DNA of 64,000 nucleotides from Callorhinchus milii (Eukaryota), in assembly GCF_018977255.1 (NCBI RefSeq), contig NW_024704763.1, positions 4,154,001 through 4,218,000 on the forward strand, given 5' to 3'. The notes under the pieces were generated by a model. The model was not told the DNA's origin. It ran no database searches and worked only from the letters and a program-made list of their open reading frames with translations. Positions 38,733 to 52,932 of the stretch are shown piece after piece (position 1 is the first letter of the stretch; the number at the start of each line of letters is the position of its first letter). Made by a program: the position numbers and the translations under genes.

Positions 38733-41700
38733 TCAATTTATAGTGGGAACGTCTTCACATTCATTTGGTTTTATCAGTCCATACTCCACTGCTTTGGCGA
38801 GGCACTCCTTGGCATTATCCTTTATTTTGAAGATTTTTTCATCCCCTTCCTTAGCCAGATGAGATAAGATTTCTAGCATCTCGCTCTCAATAAGTTGGGC
38901 TGCAAGATCTCGGTCTGCATTCATCATGTTGAGCACAATAACAACCCCACGGCGCTGCAGATCCAAGTTTGGGCTCAGCAGGAGCGCCTGGAGAATCTCC
39001 AGCCAGTGTGTTGTCTGCAGAGTATAAAGGAAAGAGACATCAACAACAAATTACATTTGTATAGCGCTTTTCATGTCAGGAGGACGTACCAAGGCGCTGG
39101 ACAGTCAGGGATCCACACCCAAGCTGGTGGTTGGGATCAAGAGGGGTGGAAGGCGAGGAGGGTAGGAGGGTGACCGAAGACATCAGCGTTGGTCTTCCCT
39201 CCGAGTCAAGCTTACTGATACTATTCTGAGTGCTATTCTGCTCCATTTGATTGTTTTGGTGAAATTGGTCAAATTGTTACATTGTCCCTGTGCCTTTAGA
39301 AATTGAATAATTAATGTTTACTTTGAAAATGTAATATTATAATAAATGAGCAAGGCTAAGATTTATAATGTTCTCCAGTAACACAGGAACTGTAGTTATA
39401 AGACAATCACAGAACACAATTTTTTCAGAACAGTAACTTAATACTGTGCCAAGGAGGGAGGAAATCACCTCTAGGAGAGGGGAATGTTTGGAAAAAAAGG
39501 TTTATTAAAGGTTTAGTGGACAAAAATAGTTAAATCAAAAGTTTCTCCATTCCTCCTTCAATAAAAAATAACTGCTAACCCCACTCACTACACTCTCAAC
39601 CAGATGACCACATGTATGAATTGCAGTAAATTGAGATTTAGCCTTAAACAGAGCTTCATTTTGGGGGGAATTGAGAGAGGACAAATTAGCAAAAATTCCG
39701 CAGTAAATGGCTGGATCAATCTCCAAGTGAGGTGCATGATGACTGAACCAAGTTAGACAGTCATTTGACCTCAGACTTCCTAAAATAAAGGCATTTTGCT
39801 GCTCTACTAAGCAAAAACAGGCAAGTCTCCCACAATCGAGTGGAAGAAATCCCAGATCATGGGACAAAGACTCACCACTTGTGTGATTTTTTGACAGAGT
39901 TCTGGCTGCAGGGATGTCAGCAAAGCCACAGCCCCAGAAGCAGCAGAGCGCAGCTTATCATCATCTTCCCCACTGTACAACACTAAGAGCTTCAGACGGT
40001 CATTTCCCTCTGCCAGGAACATGGCTTGTACCTGAAACACACGGTGGTCAAAAACACAAGACTCTTTAAGAGCACCAATTCTATGGTATATTTAAAGAAC
40101 TACAGATTGCAGCAACAACAAGATTACATTTGTATAGCGCCTTTCACGTCAGGAGGACGTCCCAAAGCGCTGGACAGTGTACACCACTTGTGTGATTTTT
40201 TTTAGGAACAATAACAAATTACGTTTGTATAGCGCCTTTCACATGGAATACGTGAAAAAATGTGTCTAAGAAATAATGATGCCCTCTTGAGTAATGTTCC
40301 AAACTAAGAATAACTTAAGGCCACAGGAACTTTATCCCACAAAAGACATCTCCAGGAATGGAAAAAAGATTTCTTCTCTGTCAGTCACAGGATGGGATAA
40401 GTGACAATTTGGTATCATCTCAAGCCTCTGAGTTGGAATAAGCCACTTTGCAATGGCATCAAAGGACAACACAATAGTATGACAGTAACTATTTGCGCTA
40501 CATCAACATTACCTCTGGGCTCAGAGACATATTGCACATGCACTCTGTTGCAGCCAATCGGATCATGTCATGGTCTTCAAACATGTAGCTGTCAATCATT
40601 GGAATTGCCTTTTCCTTAATGATTTTCTGGCTAAAAAATAAAACATCCGGAGATTAATCATTCAACTGAGAAACATTGTGTTAAAGTACAATTTTGGGAG
40701 CTAATCCTACCTCCTTTCCAGAAGATGCTGATTAGTGCTGGATAGACTTTAGGAATGGGAATTCTGGCTAGCTTTGGCATTCCTTAGTCCAGGAGCACTA
40801 AGGGCAAATGCTGTGCACTTGCCAATGTCCTGACTGAGCTCAGCAAACTCAGCACATGTACCACTGAGGGAACAACAGCAATAATACATTTGTATAGCGC
40901 CATTCACGTCGGGAGGACGTCCCAAGGCGCCAAGACTCCACATATTTCAGCCACTTACCGGAGTCTCTCATTTATTCCTGCCAAATTAGTCAGTGCCATC
41001 AGCGACTCAAAGTTCTGCAGTGCTGTACACTGTAGATGCAAGAGGGCAATCAAAGGCCGGATGACCTCATAAATCTGAAATTCAGAGGAGAACGCAGGCA
41101 GAGTGATTGCTTATCCAATAACATTTTTCTTTCTCTATGTACTCAGTCTAGGAAGTTACGGTTAGTAAACTGTTTTAACATTGGAGGTATCACAGCTGTG
41201 CCCAATGTGGACCTTGCCCTGTGTCCACACATGTGCACTTTTTAGCAAGGAGAGAGATGCACAAGGACTTTGGATAGTAATCAGAACTGTTGACTCGAGC
41301 TATTCTAAGGAGCAAGTATTCTGGGGCTTCCACTGCTACATTTTTTCAAGACAATGCAAATACACTGCCCTAAATGTATTAGTTTATTCAGAAAATGCTT
41401 GTAATTGAACACTTTATTTTAGCAATTTATTTATGCTGCATTAATACATCCTGTGTAAAATCATTCTGATGTCAGATTATAGAAAGTAAGCCCCATTCAA
41501 ATAAAGGCAAAAAAAAGAAAAAGAATCTCATCTGTGGTAAGAGACCCATGAGACTTACTCTCTCTCCTGGAAAAGCAATTTCTGCATTCGAGGTGATTGT
41601 AATCTTTGCCAATGCCTGACCTGCTTTTATCTTTCCAACATCTGTACCTTCAGAGGACAGAGAGACCAGAGCCTGCAAGAATCAAGGGAAAGAAAGTAAA

Positions 41701-44700
41701 GCAACGATACTATGAAATGGCAATTTATTTGGAATATTCATTTAACTTTTCCATTGGAGTGTTCAGCGCTGGAGACCATAGTAACTCAACATACTCTGTG
41801 AAGGAAAGGGTGGGATGTGGGGACGGAACTCAGCATGAAATCACAAATCTAAGCCACAGGTGTCATGGAGAGGTAAGCTTGAACACAACAAGCATGGAAA
41901 AACAGAATGTTATTTATAATTTATTAACTTCTTTATCGGGATCTTCTCCACCTTGTAATATTTGTTGAATTATTGATGCTTCGGAATAATAGACAAATTA
42001 ATAAATGGCATTCCAGTTTAGGAGGAATAGTAAATTCCACGCCTGGACGACACACTAAAATAATTCTATTAATGATGATAGACCTACACAGTCAATTGAA
42101 AAAATGCATTTTCCTCAATCTTAGATCATGAGCCTCGATATTCCTCAAATCTATTCTCTCCAGTTCCTTGTTTGTTGGGGTAGCAATGAATTACTGTGTT
42201 TCATCTATTATAAGCTATTCACTGTGCATCACAAACCGTAATACGTGTATAATATAAATTGACTTCACATTAGAGCCCCCATCATCTTTACATATGAAAC
42301 AGCTGGAGTGTTATACTAACTGCTGGACTCACCTTCCCTCCTCCCTGGGCGACCACAATTCCACGACCATCTGGGCTCTCTACAAGGGCCAGGAACACAC
42401 TGAATTAGAAAGGAAGAAAGTCAGCATTATTCTTAGATGGATATATAATTCCGTGCTATACTCTTTGGTTAGTGCTCCCACTTACCGAGATATCATTTCC
42501 TTGCACGACTCAGTTAAAGTGGGACTCTCCTTCTTTACCATACACACCAATGCTGACACTACACCCATCTTCAGCAGCTTTGCAATCCTTTTCTCCACGT
42601 ACTTGGTCTTATCCTGCAATTCCAGCAAACAGCCATTCAGTGGCAGCACCCACTTCACTTTGCTATTTCATTCACTTTAACATTCAAACTGAAAGAAAAA
42701 GTAAAATAGAAGAATACTATCCAGTGCCTTACTCTTAAAATTAATAATGAACGTACACACACCAGAAGCAATGTTTAGTGGACATCTCTAAAACTGTGGC
42801 TTTAAACATCTTTGTTTAGCCAGGTCTCTGGGACATAAATACTAATGGCTTCAGTAACTGGAAAAAGTTTTTATTCCATGTAAAGCTGGTACCTTTGGGT
42901 GTTCCTCTGGGATGTGCTGCTTTGCATATTTAGCCAGCTCCAACAGCTGGGGGTCAGGTTCCTCTTTATCGTAACTATTTGTGCAGTTCACAAGGGTTGA
43001 AGCAATTGCAAAGAGAGCCGTTTTATCCTCTGACTGGGAAAAGGTAGAATGACATGGTTAGACACAGCCATAGGGAAAATAAAACCAGCCATCGATCACC
43101 AGCACATTACCTAACAGGAAGATACAAAGTATTCTATCACAGTAATGTACAAACTGGGGAAATGGTTGGACTCTTTGTCAACATCCAAATCTAGAATCGT
43201 TTGGCACTAGGGTGATTCTCTAATCAAGAGTACATTTACCGACCTTGCATGATTGTGTGAAGTGATGAGATAGAGATAAATTACATTTTTATTTCTGTAC
43301 CTTTGCAAGTTCAAACATTGCATGCATTGCAGGCTGGTCCTCCACAAACTCCTCCTTCACATCAGCATCGAAGGTCAGGTATGCCAGGCCCTCCATAGCC
43401 CAGCGCCGGGTACCAGACTGAATCACTTCATTACACAACCACCTATCAGGGCAAAACAGCAGCAGGATCAGAACCAAAGTAAAAATCAAGACCTCAAACT
43501 TCAGTCCAAGAACTTTGCTGAATATTCAGTACCACTTTCCATTCAGGATGAACCTCTCACGCAGTTTACAGACAAAGATGTTGACCAAAGGCATGGATAC
43601 AAGAAAGAGGTTTTTGAGAGAGTTTTAAAGTTAGAGAAAGTGAGGGAACAAAATAAAGGCAGACTGTTGCAGAGAGCAGGACATAGTGCCTGAAGCTCAG
43701 CCACCTATGTAAAATAGAGAGCGAGGAATGATCAGTAGACCAATGTTAAAAGATCAGAGGGCATAGGTGGGAGAGAAGGCTGGAGAGAGGGAGCAGCAAA
43801 GTCATTAAATGATTTGAGGATCTTAAGTTGAATTGCTATGCTTGTGGGAGCCAGCGGAGTCTGATGTAAGTGGGTGCAAAGTCTGGTTTGAGAGACAATA
43901 CAAACTGTTTGGAGCTCCAATAGCCCAGAAGGCTCCAGCTCTATGCTGATCTCAGTAGGGAAAATAGTTAGGGTGCTACAATGGCTGTTTTGGGGAGAGT
44001 TTCAAGATCACTATCCAGTGCCCCTGCCTGGAGGTGCATGTGTGTGGATGTTAGATGAGGCCCCAATTAAGCTTATCCGTGATGCCCATCAGGGTGAATT
44101 ACATTTGCATCAATGCATTTGCTTGCATATGAAGAATGGCCACTTGTGTGAGGAGCTGTAGGCAGCAATCACACTGAATTTTTATAGTCATAATTACCTT
44201 CACAAGGGATAACAAATATTAGAAACAAACCCACCTGCGACACTGCTTCGCTAATTTGCAAGTTGACCCTTCAGCAAACTGCTTTATGCTACAATCAGTG
44301 CCCCCGGCAGAACCCACCTTACACAAACCCTGAAAACACAAACAGAAAAATCTGTATACGTCACAGTCAGAGAGACACACAGCACAATTCTACAGAGGTT
44401 TGTGCCACGTTTTAGAATATCAAAGCATGTCCCTTAATGTAGAACTGAGCCATTCAGAAGCTCTGAGATTCTTTTTCCTGATTTCAGTAATCTCAGTCGG
44501 TGAGGCCACAGCAATGTCAGGAACGCCCCAGGCTTGATGGGCAGGAGGGTTAAAGGGAGAAATCAAGCTTTAATGATAAGTAAAGCCAAAGTAAATATAA
44601 CAAAACCCTACTCTAATCCTAATTCCCTGTTTTTCCATACCTTCCTTTATAATCTTCCTCTACAAATCTATTTCCTTTTAAATGTGGCTATGATCTCCAT

Positions 44701-47700
44701 CTCAATAATAATGTCAGCACACAGTACATGAGTTCCAAGTCCTGATGTGGGGCTTCAATCCACAACATTCTGACTCAACGGTGAGAGTGCTACTAACGGA
44801 GCCAGGCTGACACACAAATAACCATTTGTGACAAAGTATTCTGCATTCTGTTAATCCTCTGCATAGAAATGTTTCTTCTAACTTCCCCTTAATTGTTCCA
44901 ATGACATTCCTGATGATGAGACCCCAAACCATTCCTTAGCTGGGGGTTGGAATGCAGACAAGGGGGTCACAATGAGTTTATCCAAGGTGTGGATAAGTGG
45001 TTTTCTACTATGCATGTAAAATGCTGTGGGATGGCAGAGAGATCTGGGGGTACAAATGAAAGGACATAAACGGCAGACACAAAAAGCTCTGAAGACGACA
45101 AATGAAATTCCAATCAGATGGTTTAGTGCACAACTGTAGATGTACTGGCACTTACCACCAGAGCTCGGATCTTGATTTGGTCGTTATCGTTCTTTTTGTA
45201 AATCTCTTTCAGGAGCATGACACCATTCGCAGTGATGAAGGAGGCACGTTTAGATTTCCCTGCCGCGTGGATCAGCGCTTCCACTGCCACCAGCTGGTCA
45301 ATTTCCCGCTCGGAGGCACACAGAGAAATCATGCACTCCAAGATCCCACTCATCTCCAGAACTCGGTTTCCCACCTCCGAGGGCCCCTGGAGGAGCGTGG
45401 AGGCTGTCTGAATGGCTCGCAGCTTCCCGTTCATCCCTTGAGATTCAAATTGGTTCCTGAATACCAGAAATCACATGGAAATTTTAAACGCTATTAATAT
45501 GTTTGAGCATTTAACAGCTTTCTTCAAAAGCTCAACCAATTTATTCAGAGAGCAGTTGAGTCATACTCTCTAAGCTGGAAGGCCTGAGGTTTAAGTCTCA
45601 GTCTGTGATACGTTAGCTGATCTAAGGCAGGACAGTAAATTGCCTACTGATCAGACGCAAGACTGCTATCACGTGACCCAACCTCCACAGCAATAACCGG
45701 ATTTACTTCCATTTCTCAAGAATTAAGCAATTCAACATTCACCCCTGATCTGCCCGTGCCCCTACCTGACATAGTCCTCACAGAGCTTGTGGAAGTTTTC
45801 CCGTTCTGCGTCACTTTTCAGATCATCGTACAGCTTGCTCATCAGCACCGACAAGCTCATGCGACTGCTCTCAGTCACCACCAGGCTCCCCGGGATTTCT
45901 GACACAGTCTCAGCCACTTGCAGAATCTTCTTCATTCCTGATGAGAAATGGAGTTTCCATGGTTTATGGAAAGACTAGACATGCAGCTCCATGGACAGAG
46001 AAAAGGCAAGAAAAATGGACTTTGGGAGAATGCCAGACAGCAGGGCTTAGAGACTGAGGGCTTGACCACCTAGTGTGGAATGGGGTAAGTGAGGAATGAG
46101 CAGCAAACCAAAGTCTAAAGAGTGGAGAGTGCAAATAGGGGATTAAAGCTGACAGGTCAGGTGAGGGGGAAAATCATTGAGGGATTTGAAAATCAGGACA
46201 AGCAAGGTTGATGAAGTCAATTCAATGAGGTACTAAACAAAGCCTGTCAAAGATTGGAGTGATGGGTGTGCAGAGGGAGAGGGTATGGGCCATGGAGACC
46301 ACTCACCCTGGTCAATCACCCAGATTGTCATGGAGTTGTCTGGATCTCGTAGCGATTTGCGGGGAACATTTTTAATTAGAAGATTTATGGAATTCTCTCG
46401 GCCATAAACTGAAACCTCTTGTTTTGTCAACATCTCAATCAGGTGGTAGATCATCGTCCTCAGTTCTTTGGAGGGATCTGAAATTTGACAACAAAAAAAA
46501 AACCTCTTGCATGAACAAACACCTTTACTGAATGGTATAATACTTATACTATTCGGGACAGAGTACCATGAGTTGGATCATGTTTTAAAAGTTCTGCAAA
46601 TAATATAAAGAACATTTTGTTTTGTTCTATCCAAATTCATCAATTCAAATTGGGTTGAGCTCTGTATACATCACTAAGCCGACAGTGAGGCAACTGAATA
46701 GAGTGGAAACTGCCCCCTACCTCTCCTCCATTCTCCCCCTCACCCATCTATGCAGCCTTGACATTAGCACTTCAAAGAGTAAACATTTAAACACATGCTG
46801 CAATTATTCTCCAACACAGCAACAAACACACGCAGGGACGTCATACCCACCGAGCACTAGTGCCTCCTCCTTCCCTCGAACCTCACTTTTTATTCCACCT
46901 TTCAATGCTTCGAACATGCCCTGGAGAACACTGCAAGCTGCCAGGGAGACCTGCTCATTACTGACGGACATCACACGGCAGAACTTGTCCATTCCCATCG
47001 TGTTCAATATTGCCATTGCCTGCACAGCACAAGTCAAATATCATAATACTCTCACATAATCTGTTTTCCTCTAACTCGTTCCATCTCTAACCTCTCACCC
47101 AAAGTGTCCTTTACTTAATTATAAACTTTGACAGAGTTGGTAAGGTAGTCAACCGAGTTATACCGCAGCCAAGCCGATCCTGTCTTCACCCACAGATATG
47201 TGCACTTCACATATGGGCACCTTCCTGCAGGTGTCTCAGAGCAACAACAGAGCAAGCTTTGTAGGAATGGAAAAGATCTGAGGAGCAATGACTACAATAT
47301 CAATTAAAACAGAAATCGACAAGCAAAGTTGTGATTGGAGATGTTGGAGGTGAAAAATGAGCAAAGATCAACTATCAAATGATGAGCCTTTCTTCTATCC
47401 TGTCAGGAATATGAGTGACGGGCTAAAAGATCCTCTCCTGATATGAGGAGTAAAATTAAATAGTATTACAGGTAACAGTCAGACAGTTAGAAACGCAGCA
47501 CAATACGGTGTTCTCAAGTCTTTTCTGCTTGTAAGCTGCTTGGTGACTGACCCGAGATTGATGACCTGAACACAATCCCACAAGAGTCCGCAGTGAAGCC
47601 AACATGATATCGGTGCTTCCCGTGTCCAGCATCTTTTGCAGAAGGCGCACTCCATCACTGCGGAAAATCCTTTGCGCACCCGCATCTTCCCGAGCAAGAA

Positions 47701-50671
47701 CGATCAGATTCTGTACTGCCTGCAGCAGGAGAAAACAACTTCAATTATATTCAGGCTGGGAAAATAATAATAATTCTTGCATTTGATTCAAGTGTCTCAC
47801 CATGGTGAACTACCTCAAAGTTCTTCACACGGCGAGTTACGTTGCATTGCAAGTAACGTATGTCCGCAAACACAACAGCTAATGTGTGCCAGCAACAACC
47901 CACACTAATCAATGGCCAATTCCATCGTTTTTTGATGAATTTGGATATCAACCAGGACACCGAAAGAAACTCCCTGTTCTTCCTCCAAATAGCACATAGA
48001 GTTAACGTCCACTAGAACTAAGGGGACAGGCAGCACTTCCCATTAAACATCTTTCTCAGGACTGCAGTGTCATCGTAAACACAGAGATTAGTTTATTTCC
48101 ACACACTTCATATTTGTCTTGGGACCAGGTACAGGCCTATTGGTGCTGCAACCAACATATATTCAAGTTTTGTTAACAAAATAGATATGAAATTAAATAT
48201 TGGCAATTACTTTAAATTCATGGGTCCCAGTTGTGGCTGAACATGACCTCTTTAGAGTAACCAATCTATTGTATAATAGATTCAATAAACTAAATGAAGG
48301 ATAGGTCAACCATATTAATTCTTGTCTGGTGAATCTTACAATATTTTGTAGGAAATCCCTTCTGAGATGAGATCTCTTTGGAGACATCTCTTTTCAAGGC
48401 TTGACAGCCCTATTCTATCCAGTCGTTCCTCATAGTTCATCTCTCTAACACTGGGGATTATCTTCCTTGCTCTCCTCTGCACTGCCTCCAGGGCATAGCA
48501 AGTTCCTTGAAACCCAGGCCAGTCTCTCAAAATACAGACCTTCTGCTTCTTGTCAGAGTCCTTCTCCCCAGCATCCAGAAGGATATTAAACATCTGCTCA
48601 ACTCGGGCATCGGTGGAGGATTGTAGATGGACCTAGAACGATAGATACAATAGAAGTATTTGTGAGAACGAGCTTCTACCTTCAAAACACTTGTAGGATT
48701 CAGAACTCAGCAATAATAAACATGCATATATTGGATCAGAGTGAGAAAATAAATCTTTCAATATTTATCACCCTTTTTAGCACTAATACAATTAGTTTTT
48801 TGAAGCAGACATAGAAATCTGTGCCTTCTCTTTATTTCCAGACCTGCAACATTATATTGCATTAATATTTCTCTATTAACTCTGCCCATAATTGGGCAGC
48901 TCATCTAGATTTTTCTCTTTGCTAAATTTCTCTTCTCTTATCCTTTTTTGATTCACCTTTGTTTCTCTTCTTCCTCACCTCCACCCTCATTCTCCCCTTA
49001 CCTTCTGCTGGATCTGTGTTGCAATTAGGCGCAGCGACTCCTGGAAGACTTTATTCTTTGGTTCTAGGACCGCACACCTCTGGTTGTCTGCAAATGCCTG
49101 ATCCAACCTCCCCAGCTTCTGTAATGCCTGGCTCCTCCGAAAGAGCGCTTTCACATCCTTGCCATCAGCTTCGATGGCTGGGAACAAAAGGGAGAGGTTC
49201 CCAGTCACTAAATGTTCTCATACATGCCACAGACCTGTCTCTACCCGTATCACCATATAAACAAGATAGATAAGAGCATCCAGTGGGGGGACACAGTCCA
49301 TAGAACTGGCACTTTTCAAATAAAAGAACATCTCAAAAGTACTTGCGCTGTACAATGCGTGGGAAAATAGGACATTCAAAAATATTCAAAGGAACTGTCA
49401 AAAAGATATATTTTTAGGTTCTCAAAGAGGAAGAAAGTAGCAAGGCAAAGTGAATTTTCAAAATCCCATAAGACAGTGTCGTGATGACTGAAGGCTCAAC
49501 CACCAATGGTGGTGTTTAAGGGAGTGAGGAGCAAGTAATAGACCAGAAGAGAGAACATGAGCTGGAACGTAGGACTGACTTTCGTAGATACAATGGACTG
49601 AGACCAGGAATCCAATAGGAGGCCAATCAATTCACTGAACCTACGCTGGTGCCAGCATCAATCACTCACCTTTAGAAGCATCTGCTTCAGCTTTGGAGTA
49701 CTCCTCCTACATAAAAAAATTGAAGAAATTAGGATCACTATGTCCATGGAATTGAACGGATTATAGATTATATCAACACTGTAATTTATCAGCTCAGTTT
49801 TGTTTCACTCACCAACTTGAGATAGCAGGCTGCCCTGTTGCGGTGTAGGACTGCAGCACTTGGTTGCTCTGGAGACAGCTTGATCGCTTGTGTGTAGCAG
49901 GACAGTGCTGCTTCATGGTCTCCCAATTTAAAGTACTTGTTGCCTTCTTCCCGCAGCTGTGCCAGGCTGACCTACAGTACACACACAAAGAAGAACATAT
50001 TAGGGCAAATCTCCCTCCATGCCCAGTAGGTAAATGCAGCACATGGATATACAGATATATTTTTTTCTGAGTTAACAGATCTCAGCTGGGACAGGAGACT
50101 GGGCTTAAATTAGCCTCAGCCCTCCTAGTTATAGAGAGGGGGGAATCAGTCAATGTATCCCTGTTCCTGACCCATAACCAGATACGCCCAACTGGGGAAG
50201 GTGCAGCAGGGATGGATCAGGAGCAGAGAAGGTGTGTGGATGCCGGGTGAGGGCAGGACACCATTGGCTTTGGTTGTTGACAACTCCTTGCAATCAAAAA
50301 CAACCTCTCTCCCTGCTCTCCTGCATTAACTCATTCAACGCCTGTGTGAAGCGAGGACACGGCCTTTTGGAGGGCGGCTGAGGAGGCAGAACGCAGGTCA
50401 GTCAATCAGACAGTGCCTTCAGAGTGGGGTGTGTGTGGGGGGGAGGGGGGGATCACTGAGAGGATTAAGAAACGAAGGGAAGCCACACAATGAGTCTCTC
50501 ACTCTCTCTCAGTCAGTGGCTCCTCAGCCCGAGGCCGAGCCCGGGACCAACTTCAAACTCAGCTCCACATCCCCGTGTTTTCACTCTACCCCTCACGGCT
50601 TCCCCCCAACCTCCCGCTCTTTCACTTTCTCTCGCTCTCTCTCTCACCGTCTCTCCGTTACAGACCGACAT
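38733..50671 (-). CDS. UNC45A: Unc-45 myosin chaperone A (TPR + central + UCS domains), 20 exons, ~942 aa
   Basis: Exons 50671-50648, 49971-49813, 49706-49670, 49177-49002, 48632-48540, 47719-47552, 47019-46851, 46477-46307, 45937-45766, 45456-45156, 44329-44235, 43442-43301, 43033-42893, 42613-42486, 42399-42333, 41672-41559, 41074-40959, 40630-40513, 40031-39876, 39014-38733 join in frame (2829 nt). [24 protein letters not shown]; [42 protein letters not shown] paralog by synteny with RCCD1/MAN2A2. Confidence 0.96.
39042..39182 (-). mobile_element. L2-type LINE 3'-end fragment
   Basis: AACAACAAATTACATTTGTATAGCGCTTTTCA..GGAGGACGT..AGGCGCTGGACA plus a shared G-rich extension also seen at 4860-5005; short copies at ~22980, 31210, 40113 and 40880. 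Confidence 0.6.
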
Positions 50672-50689
50672 CCCGACCTCGGCTCCACT

Positions 50690-50800
50690 CCCAATCGCAG
50701 GACTCGTTATTCCGGTTACTTCCGTCCGAACGTCGCACGAGCTTCCGGCGCGAAGTGCTGACGTCATTGGCGCCTTGACTTTTTGTTGATCAATGAGCGC
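50690..50800 (-). promoter_or_regulatory. UNC45A CpG-island core promoter
   Basis: Tandem ETS-type (C/T)TTCCG sites 50710-50748, CRE TGACGTCA at 50759-50766, CCAAT (ATTGG on +) at 50766-50770. Confidence 0.6.
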
Positions 50801-52083
50801 GGCTGTCAATCACTGACCCCCGCCCCCCCGGGCTGTCAATCACTGACCCCCCGCCCCCCGGGCTGTCAATCACTGACCCCCCCCCCGGGCTGTCAATCAC
50901 TGACCCCCGCCCCCCGGGCTGTCAATCACTGACCCCCGCCCCCCGGGCTGTCAATCACTGACCCCCGCCCCCCGGGCTGTCAATCACTGACCCCCCGCCC
51001 CCCGGGCTGTCAATCACTGACCCCCCGCCCCCGCGGGCTGTCCATCCTGACCCCCGCCCCCCCGGGCTGTCAATCACTGACCCCCCCGCCCCCCGGGCTG
51101 TCAAGCACTGACCCCCGCCCCCCCGGGCTGTCAATCACTGACCCCCCCGCCCCCCGGGCTGTCAATCACTGACCCCCCGCCCCCCCCCCGGGCTGTCAAT
51201 CACTAACCCCCCCGCCCCCCCTGGGCTGTCAATCACTGACCCCCCGCCCCCCCCGCGGGCTGTCAATCACTGACCCCCCGCCCCCCTGGCTGTCAATCAC
51301 TGACCCCCACGGCTGTCAATCACTGACCCCCCCCCCCCCGCATCCCCGGGCTGTCAATCACTGACCCCCCGCCCCCCTGGCTGTCAATCACTGACCCCGG
51401 GCTGTCAATCACTGACCCCCCCCCGCCCCCCTTGGCTGTCAATCACTGACCCCCCGGGTAGTCAATCACTGACCCCCCGCCCCCTGGGCTGTCAATCACT
51501 GACCCCCCCGCCCCCCCGGGCTGTCAATCACTGACCCCCCGCCCCCCGGGCTGTCAATCACTGACCCCCCGCCCCCCCCCCCCCCCCGCTGTCAATCACT
51601 GACCCCCCCGCCCCCCGGGCTGTCAATCACTGACCCCCCGCCCCCCGGGCTGTCAATCACTGACCCCCCCGCCCCCCCGGGCTGTCAATCACTGACCCCC
51701 CGCCCCCCGGGCTGTCAATCACTGACCCCCCGCCCCCCCGGGCTGTCAATCACTGACCCCCCGCCCCCGGCTGTCAATCACTGACCCCCCGCCCCCCCGG
51801 GCTGTCAATCACTGACCCCCCCGCCCCCCCCCGGGCTGTCAATCACTGACCCCCCGCCCCCCGGCTGTCAATCACTGACCCCCCGCCCCCCGGGCTGTCA
51901 ATCACTGACCCCCCGCCCCCCGGGCTGTCAATCACTGACCCCCCGCCCCCCGGGCTGTCAATCACTGACCCCCCGCCCCCCGGGCTGTCAATCACTGACC
52001 CCCCGCCCCCTTGGCTGTCAATCACTGACCCCCCCCCGGCTGTCAATCACTGACCCCCCGCCCCCTCGGCTGTCAATCACTGA
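50801..52083. repeat. GC-rich minisatellite, ~43 units of ~30 bp: GGCTGTCAATCACTGAC + variable CnGCnG
   Basis: Directly visible; the 17-nt core is nearly invariant (4 variant units) and unit length varies only through the poly-C tracts. Confidence 0.98.
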
Positions 52084-52932
52084 GCTGACACTCTTATGTT
52101 GGTTCGTCTCCACAACTGCTCCGAGTGGCGTTCGCAATCCTCTTTGTGGTATAACAATCGTTGCATTTGACACAGCGCCTGTGATCACATCCTCGAGACG
52201 TCTCAAAGCGCTTCACAGGATATACTGTAAAGTGGATTGACTGTGTGTTTTGTGGGCGAAACGCAGTGATCTGTGAGGACAGATTGTGCAGATGCTAATT
52301 TCAAATTGCCTTTCAGATTCTTCCTTCCACAATCCCCACCGCCTTCCTATTATTTCCCATTCCGTCTCATTTTTTTTCTCATGTCCGAAAATTGGACCTC
52401 ACACACCAAGTTGCAAACAGGAGGGGGTGACGTTGCAGAGACTGGGAAACACGCTGACACAGCGTCAAGAAATAACATGGCCCCATAGAATGTGATGTTC
52501 AACAACCGCACGAGGCAAATCGGACACAATTACAAGTTTATTTTCCAGCGTTTCCTGATTTCTACGTTGCAATTCTACTTCCATGTCCATCATTACAGCA
52601 TACGGGTAAAATTACATGACGTAGAGGCAGAGCCCCGTAGAGAACGAAATTGACCACATAAGATTGTCATATTTCAGTCTGTATGAAATTAGTGCGGGAC
52701 TTAAAACAAAAGGCTACCGCAGTGTTCAGGGGCTATTCAGTACACAATGAGACACTCATGAGAGCTTCATATTATTTGGAAATGGATGCTGGCTCTGAAC
52801 ATAGGTACTTTCAGGCTATTTTAAAGTTGCTACTAAACACACACCGAGTCCAGAGAGCAGACACGTCCAATGATAGAGGAACCTAAACAGACTTCCAAGA
52901 CACTCCGTTGATCATTGGCCCATTGGATCACG

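Noticed and set aside
50801-52083. CRISPR-like constant-repeat/variable-spacer look, and the GGGGSVIDSP repeat ORFs
   Set aside because: The spacers are only poly-C length variants, there are no cas genes and the context is vertebrate; the ORFs are chance translations of the minisatellite
52683-52886. + strand ORF at the position where HDDC3 might be expected
   Set aside because: No HD-domain motifs (e.g. PYINHP, ALLHDTVED); it overlaps the likely 3' UTR of the Shisa-like gene
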